Below the pieces are notes generated by a model, which saw only the letters and a program-made list of their open reading frames with translations, was not told the DNA's origin and did no database searches. Below, one piece after another: positions 59,253 to 64,000 of a stretch of 64,000 bases of DNA (its first letter is position 1; the number at the start of each line of letters is the position of its first letter). This DNA comes from Elusimicrobiota bacterium. GTDB lineage: Bacteria; Elusimicrobiota; Elusimicrobia; UBA1565; UBA9628. A program made the position numbers and the translations under genes. Where the stretch lies: NCBI GenBank assembly GCA_016212825.1, contig JACRDS010000013.1, positions 31,677 to 95,676 of the forward strand. Direction: 5' to 3'.

Positions 59253-59734
59253 TCCCCGAGCGCGTCGTGTCCGGCGGGCAGACCGGCGTGGACCGCGCCG
59301 CGCTCGACGCGGCCCTGGATGCCGGCATCCCCTGCGGCGGCTATGTCCCAAAGGGCCGGCGCGCCGAGGACGGCCCCATACCGGAGCGCTACCCTGTCCA
59401 GGAGGCCGATTCCCCGGACTACGTCTTGCGCACGGAGCTCAACGTAATCCACTCCGACGCCACGCTCATCCTCAACCGCGGCCGGCTCGACGGCGGCTCT
59501 GCGGCGACTTTGGAGTTCTGCCGGGACCATGACAAGCCCCACTGCGTCCTGCAGTTGGACGGGGTCTCGGCGCAGCAAGCCGCAGCCGAGATCTCCAGGT
59601 TCCTGGCTCTGGCCAAGCCCCGCACGCTCAATGTGGCCGGCCCGCGCGAGTCCAAATGTCCGGGGATAGGGCAGGCCGTGCGGGAGGCGCTCGGCCTGGT
59701 CTTCAGGGATGCAGCTTCGCGCCCAGCTCCCTGA
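59249..59734 (+). CDS. YpsA/SLOG-type (putative molybdenum-carrier family) protein
   Basis: VVSGGQTGVDRAALDAALDAGIPCGGYVPKGRRAEDG fits the SLOG/MoCo_carrier pattern. The GTG start overlaps the serpin stop. Confidence 0.55.
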   Translation: MIPERVVSGGQTGVDRAALDAALDAGIPCGGYVPKGRRAEDGPIPERYPVQEADSPDYVLRTELNVIHSDATLILNRGRLDGGSAATLEFCRDHDKPHCVLQLDGVSAQQAAAEISRFLALAKPRTLNVAGPRESKCPGIGQAVREALGLVFRDAASRPAP

Positions 59735-60296
59735 CCTCTGCGTGCCGGAAGCAGCCGGTCAGGTGGTCGTTGACCATGCCCACGGCCTGCATGTGCGCGT
59801 AGATGATGGTCGAGCCCACGAAGCTCATGCCCCGGGCCTTGAGGTCCTGGCTGAAGACGTCCGATTCCTTGGAGGTCGCGGGCAGCTGCGACTGGCACTT
59901 CCAGAGGTTCTCGACCGGCCGGCCGCCCACGAAGCGCCACTGGTAGGCTGAGAAGCTCCCGAACTCCTCCTGGATGTCCAGGAAGACCCCGGCGTTCTTC
60001 GCCGCGGCGCGCACCTTCATCCTGTTGCGGATGATGCCGGTGTCCTGCAGCAGGCGGGAGACATCCTTCTCCCCGAACCGGGCCACCTTCTCCGGGTCGA
60101 AGCCCGCGAAAGCCCTGCGGTAGCCTTCGCGGCGTTTGAGGATGGTGAGCCAGGACAGCCCCGCCTGCGCCCCTTCGAGGATGAGGAACTCGAAGAGCTT
60201 CCGGTCGTCCGTGAGCGGCACGCCCCATTCCCGGTCGTGATAAGGGATGTACTCGGGCGCCGATTCTCCCCAGGGGCAGCGCCGCATGGGTCCCAT
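59703..60296 (-). CDS. tag: DNA-3-methyladenine glycosylase I
   Basis: CPW...YHDREWGVP..DDRKLFEFLILEGAQAGLSWLTILKRRE is the Tag family signature. Confidence 0.85.
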   Translation of the reverse strand: MGPMRRCPWGESAPEYIPYHDREWGVPLTDDRKLFEFLILEGAQAGLSWLTILKRREGYRRAFAGFDPEKVARFGEKDVSRLLQDTGIIRNRMKVRAAAKNAGVFLDIQEEFGSFSAYQWRFVGGRPVENLWKCQSQLPATSKESDVFSQDLKARGMSFVGSTIIYAHMQAVGMVNDHLTGCFRHAEVRELGAKLHP

Positions 60297-60356
60297 GATA
60301 ACACATCGCGGGTCCGCGTTCCTTGAGTCTGGTCATGGGTCGGCCCTGCCGTGATT

Positions 60357-60365
60357 TGGTAGAAT
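60357..60365 (+). promoter_or_regulatory. extended -10 promoter TGGTAGAAT
   Basis: Lies 10 nt upstream of the ATG at 60376, with no SD in between. Confidence 0.4.
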
Positions 60366-60375
60366 CCGCCTGAAC

Positions 60376-61728
60376 ATGGAGATGTTCCGCTCGGTCAAGT
60401 TCAACGTCGGGCTGATCTGCGTCCTGGCGTTCGCCTGCGGCGTGGGTTCGTTCATCCCCCAGGCCGCGGAATCGCCCGAGAGGGTGGAGGTCTTCCTGCG
60501 AGCCCAGCCCTTCTGGGGGGGCGTCCTGGAAGGGGCCGGGCTCTTCAACGTCTTCCGGAACTGGTGGTTCTTCTCCTTGCTGGCCCTGCTGGGCTTCGAC
60601 ATCGCGCTGTGTAAGTGCCTCCGCCTGCCCGGGCTGGAGCCGCAGGAGAGCGCGGAGGAGGTCGCGCAGAGCATCGGCGGCAGGCCCCTGCGCGCCTCCT
60701 TCATGGGCGGCGTCCGTCCGGCCGCCGCCGCCGAAGCCATCCGGTCTTTGCTGCGGGCCTCCGGCTATTCGGTGCGCCAGGCGCCTGGGGCGGACTCTGA
60801 CCGAGTCGCTCTGTGCGCGTCCCGGCACCGCCTCCAGCGCTGGGGCTCCTTCATCAGCCACTCGTCTATGGTCGTCATCCTGGCCGGCGGCTTGGTCAAG
60901 CTGGTCTTCGGCTTCCAGGGGTCATTGGCCATCCCGGAGGGCGGCCAAGCCCCGGTCCCGCGTCGTCCCGGCTGGGAGCTGGCCATGGACAGGTTCCAGG
61001 TCGAGCACTATCAGGGCAGCGGCTCGCCCAAGCTCTTCGCCTCGGACCTGCGGCTGCTGGATAGGGGCCGGGTCCTGGCGCAGAAGCTCATCCGGGTCAA
61101 CAAGCCCATGGTGATCGGGCGCCTGGGTTTCTACCAGGAGACCTGGGGCGCCACCGGCGCCTGGCGCAGCGCCACCCTGAGCTCCCCCCAGGGGGATGTG
61201 GTCTTGCGCCCCGGCCGAGCCCAGGCCCTGCCCGGGGGCCGGGGTCGGGTCTCCGTGGGCGAGCTCATACCGGATATTGCGATCGCCGAGGATGGGCATG
61301 CCCATCAGGCGTCTTCCGAGCCCCGCAACCCGGCCCTGCGCGTGCGCTGGGAGGCTCCGGGCCAGAAGCCCCGGGCCCTCTGGCTGCTACGCGACGAGCC
61401 GGACGCGGCCTTCGCCGAAGACGCCCGCGGAGTCCTCAGCCGCGTGCCTCCCCCCTTCCGTCTGGCGGCTGTGGACATGGTCCTTTTCTCGGGCATCCAG
61501 TTCGTCTACGACCCCGGCTATCCGCTGATCGTGGCCGGCGCCCTGGCCTGGCTCGCCGGGATGATGCTCCTGTTCTACCTGCACGGAAGGAGGCTCTGGG
61601 TCCTGGTGTCGCCCGGGACCGGGCAGGCGTGCCGGGTGCTCATGGGGGGATGGAACTCCCAGGGGCCTGTGGCCTACAGGGATGAGTTCGAGGCGCTGAC
61701 CGAACGGATGAGGGAGGTCTCTTCATGA
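60376..61728 (+). CDS. resB: cytochrome c biogenesis protein ResB/Ccs1
   Basis: N-terminal pattern MFRSVKFNVGLICVLAFACGVGSFIPQ with a large periplasmic domain. Directly precedes and overlaps ccsA. Confidence 0.65.
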   Translation: MEMFRSVKFNVGLICVLAFACGVGSFIPQAAESPERVEVFLRAQPFWGGVLEGAGLFNVFRNWWFFSLLALLGFDIALCKCLRLPGLEPQESAEEVAQSIGGRPLRASFMGGVRPAAAAEAIRSLLRASGYSVRQAPGADSDRVALCASRHRLQRWGSFISHSSMVVILAGGLVKLVFGFQGSLAIPEGGQAPVPRRPGWELAMDRFQVEHYQGSGSPKLFASDLRLLDRGRVLAQKLIRVNKPMVIGRLGFYQETWGATGAWRSATLSSPQGDVVLRPGRAQALPGGRGRVSVGELIPDIAIAEDGHAHQASSEPRNPALRVRWEAPGQKPRALWLLRDEPDAAFAEDARGVLSRVPPPFRLAAVDMVLFSGIQFVYDPGYPLIVAGALAWLAGMMLLFYLHGRRLWVLVSPGTGQACRVLMGGWNSQGPVAYRDEFEALTERMREVSS

Positions 61729-62585
61729 TGGAGTTAGTCCTTTTTCAGGCCGCGGCCGCCCTCTACACCGCGGGCACGGTCCTGGGATTCATCTATCTCT
61801 GGAACCGGGGGGAGCGCTGGAGCCGCTGGATGTACTACCTCCTGGCCGTGGGCGTGGCCTTCCACCTCGCCTCGAGCGGCCTGCGCCTGGCCGCCTTCTG
61901 GGCCATCCCGGAGAACCGTTTCTTCGTGCCCATCAACTCCTTCTTCGGCGCGCTCTCCGCCATGACCTTGGCCATCACCGGCACGTTCATCGTGGTGGAG
62001 GGCCGGCACAGGCTCGGCATACTCGGGGCCTTCGTCCTGCCCTGGGCCTGGCTGGCCGCGGCCGGGACGGCCTTCCGCGGCTATTCCATGGGCGGCACCG
62101 AGATCCACGGCCTAGCGCCGGCCCTGCAGAGCTACTGGATGAACATCCACCCTCTGGTCATCATGGTCTCCTACGCGATATTCGGCAACGCCTTTGGCGT
62201 GGGGCTGGCCCTGCTCATCCAGGAGCGGCAGCTGCGCTCCAAGCGGCCGCAGGAACTCTGCTACCGCCTGCCCTCCATCGAGGAGCTCGACAACCTGAAC
62301 TACCGACTCATCGCCGTGGCCTTCCCCATCCTCACCGTCGGCATCATCATGGGCGGCATCTGGGCCCACGAGGCCTGGGGCCGTTTCTGGGGCTGGGACG
62401 CCAAGGAGACCTGGTCGCTCATCACCGCGCTGATTTACGCCGTGTTCCTGCACATGCGCCTGGTCGCGGGATGGCGCGGCCGCAAGGCCGTTTACACCTC
62501 CATGTGCGGCTTCGCCTGCGTCCTGTTCACCTTCATCGGCGTGAACTTCATCTCCCAGCTGCACGGATACCTCTCGGCGAGATAG
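61725..62585 (+). CDS. ccsA: cytochrome c assembly protein CcsA/ResC
   Basis: Trp-rich haem-handling motif WAHEAWGRFWGWDAKETWSLI. Polytopic. Confidence 0.85.
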   Translation: MMELVLFQAAAALYTAGTVLGFIYLWNRGERWSRWMYYLLAVGVAFHLASSGLRLAAFWAIPENRFFVPINSFFGALSAMTLAITGTFIVVEGRHRLGILGAFVLPWAWLAAAGTAFRGYSMGGTEIHGLAPALQSYWMNIHPLVIMVSYAIFGNAFGVGLALLIQERQLRSKRPQELCYRLPSIEELDNLNYRLIAVAFPILTVGIIMGGIWAHEAWGRFWGWDAKETWSLITALIYAVFLHMRLVAGWRGRKAVYTSMCGFACVLFTFIGVNFISQLHGYLSAR

Positions 62586-62592
62586 CGCGGAA

Positions 62593-63684
62593 ATGGAACT
62601 TCTGCTGGCGGGCATCAACCACAAGAGCGGGGCCCCGGTCTCGGTCCGGGAAAACCTCGCCGCGAAGGGCACCCCCGAGATCCTGCGGCGGCTGCGCGAG
62701 GCGGGGTGGACGGAGGCCGTGGTCATCTCCACCTGCAACCGCTGCGAGGTCTACGTCGTGCGCTCGGGGGGCGCTCCGTGCGGGGGCCTCTCGGAACTGG
62801 CCCGCCTGGTGGAGGGGTTGGGCGGCACCAACCTGGGAAGCCACCTCTACCGCCGACAGGGCGCCGAGGCGGTGAACCATCTCTTCTGCGTGACCGCCGG
62901 CCTCGACTCGCTGGTCCTCGGCGAGAACGAGATCCTGGGCCAGGTCAAGACCGCCTATGAGGCGGCTTTCGCGGCCGGCGCCACGGGCAAGCTGACCAAC
63001 ATCCTCTTCCAGAGAGCCCTCTTCGTGGGCAAGAAGGTGCGCGGCGAGACCGGCATCTCGGCCGGCCAACTCTCCGTCTCCTCCGTGGCCGTGGCCCTGG
63101 CCGAGCGCATCTTCGGCTCGCTCAAGGAGAGTTCGGTGCTCATCCTCGGCGCCGGCCAGATGGCCGAGCTGGCGGCCCGGCATCTGCTCAGCGCCAAAGT
63201 CTCCCGCTTGTACATCGCGAACCGCACCTTCGAGCGCGGCCGGGAGCTGGCCGAGAAGTTCCAGGCCGAGGCCGTGCGCTGGGAGGACTTCCCGCGGCTG
63301 CTGCGCAGCGTCGACGTGGTGCTCACCTCGACCGGCGCCACCGAGCCCGTGCTGACCCGCGCCATGGTGTCGGCCGCCATGGAGGCTCGAATGGGCCGCT
63401 CGCTGTTCCTCATCGACATTGCCATGCCGCGCGACGTGGAGGATGTGGCCGGGGAGCTGGACCAGGTCTACCTCTACACGCTCAAGGACCTGCAGGGCAT
63501 CGTGGACGAGAACATGGGCCAGCGCCGCAAGGAGATCATCGCGGCCCAGGCTCTGGTGGACCGGGTGACCGAGGAGTTCGCCGGCTGGCTGACGGACACG
63601 GCCGCCGGCAAGAAGGCCAGCCTGCGCCACGCCCCGGGTCGCAGCGCCCGCCGCGGCGAGCGGCCTTTCGGAGGCGCCTCATGA
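62593..63684 (+). CDS. hemA: glutamyl-tRNA reductase
   Basis: LLLAGINHKSAPV..RE, the STCNRCEVY catalytic Cys motif, and an NADPH Rossmann segment VLILGAGQMAE. Confidence 0.9.
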   Translation: MELLLAGINHKSGAPVSVRENLAAKGTPEILRRLREAGWTEAVVISTCNRCEVYVVRSGGAPCGGLSELARLVEGLGGTNLGSHLYRRQGAEAVNHLFCVTAGLDSLVLGENEILGQVKTAYEAAFAAGATGKLTNILFQRALFVGKKVRGETGISAGQLSVSSVAVALAERIFGSLKESSVLILGAGQMAELAARHLLSAKVSRLYIANRTFERGRELAEKFQAEAVRWEDFPRLLRSVDVVLTSTGATEPVLTRAMVSAAMEARMGRSLFLIDIAMPRDVEDVAGELDQVYLYTLKDLQGIVDENMGQRRKEIIAAQALVDRVTEEFAGWLTDTAAGKKASLRHAPGRSARRGERPFGGAS

Positions 63685-64000
63685 AGATCCGTTACGGGAC
63701 GCGGGGCTCGGCCCTGGCCCTGGCCCAGTCCGGGCAGTTCGCCGAGGAGTTGGCCCGCGGCCGTCCGGGCCTGGAGGTGGAGCGGGTCGTCATCCAGACC
63801 AGCGGCGACCGCTTCTCCTTGGCCAGGCCGCGGGCCGCGGCCGGCGCCGAGCCCGAGAACGTCAAGGCCATGTTCGTCAAGGAGCTCGAGGAGGCCCTGC
63901 TTGCCGGGACCATCGACTTCGCGGTGCACTCCAGCAAGGACCTGCCCGGCGAGCTTCCCCCGGGCCTGGTGGTGGCCGCTTTCCCTCAGCGCGCCGACCC
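63681..64000 (+). CDS. hemC: porphobilinogen deaminase (5' part, runs off window end)
   Basis: MKIRYGTRGSALALAQS...IQTSGD...FVKELEEALLAGTIDFAVHSSKDLP. ATGA overlap with hemA. Confidence 0.85.
   Translation, partial: MKIRYGTRGSALALAQSGQFAEELARGRPGLEVERVVIQTSGDRFSLARPRAAAGAEPENVKAMFVKELEEALLAGTIDFAVHSSKDLPGELPPGLVVAAFPQRAD

Noticed and set aside
1-64000. CRISPR arrays, rRNA genes, additional tRNAs
   Set aside because: Reading both strands I found no regularly spaced direct repeats, no rRNA-like conserved blocks and no further cloverleaf-compatible sequences. A tRNAscan/minCED run would be the definitive check.

Overview
High-GC (by eye about two-thirds G+C) bacterial chromosomal segment; I cannot assign a taxon. 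The protein repertoire (PorV-like barrels, FlgD-Ig/T9SS-type C-terminal domains, NHL giants) resembles uncultivated-lineage genomes. About 35 kb of the window (5590-40653) is an integrative conjugative element (ICE). It sits in a tRNA-Thr(UGU) gene and is bounded by a perfect 37-bp direct repeat that equals the 5' half of the tRNA. Left to right the ICE carries: (i) an attL-proximal region with two RadC/JAB-like genes, each preceded by a copy of a ~270-bp hairpin-rich non-coding module in inverted orientation; (ii) a nested low-GC block (membrane protein, MFS transporter, polyprenyl-synthase-like gene) flanked by transposase remnants, plus an intact IS3-family IS; (iii) a rhodanese / 1436-aa NHL-FN3 surface protein / PorV-like barrel operon; (iv) a sigma-54 response regulator divergent from a sigma-54-promoter-driven RiPP-like cluster (unannotated 38-aa Cys-free peptide, ABC exporter, RRE-radical SAM/SPASM enzyme); (v) a ~16-kb co-directional type IV secretion operon (RHH-pilin fusion, VirB3, VirB4, TrbJ/VirB5-, VirB6-, VirB8-, VirB10-like proteins, T4CP). 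In this operon the usual VirB7/VirB9 slot holds a phage tail-collar protein, an FN3 + T9SS-like CTD protein and a PorV-like barrel-TPR protein, and the operon ends in xis and int. I could not recognise a relaxase or a VirB11. The left flank is a tightly coupled GMC oxidoreductase / TPR-B12-radical SAM / SGNH-like operon. The right flank is housekeeping or accessory: membrane-TPR protein, lipoprotein, SRPBCC, Sel1, methyltransferase, M16 peptidase pair, OPT transporter, OmpR-type regulator, a candidate c-di-GMP-I riboswitch ahead of an FlgO/LPP20-type lipoprotein operon, MscS-cNMP channel, OsmC, serpin, SLOG protein, Tag, ResB/CcsA, HemA, HemC. Many long antisense ORFs in the track are high-GC shadows and were not called.
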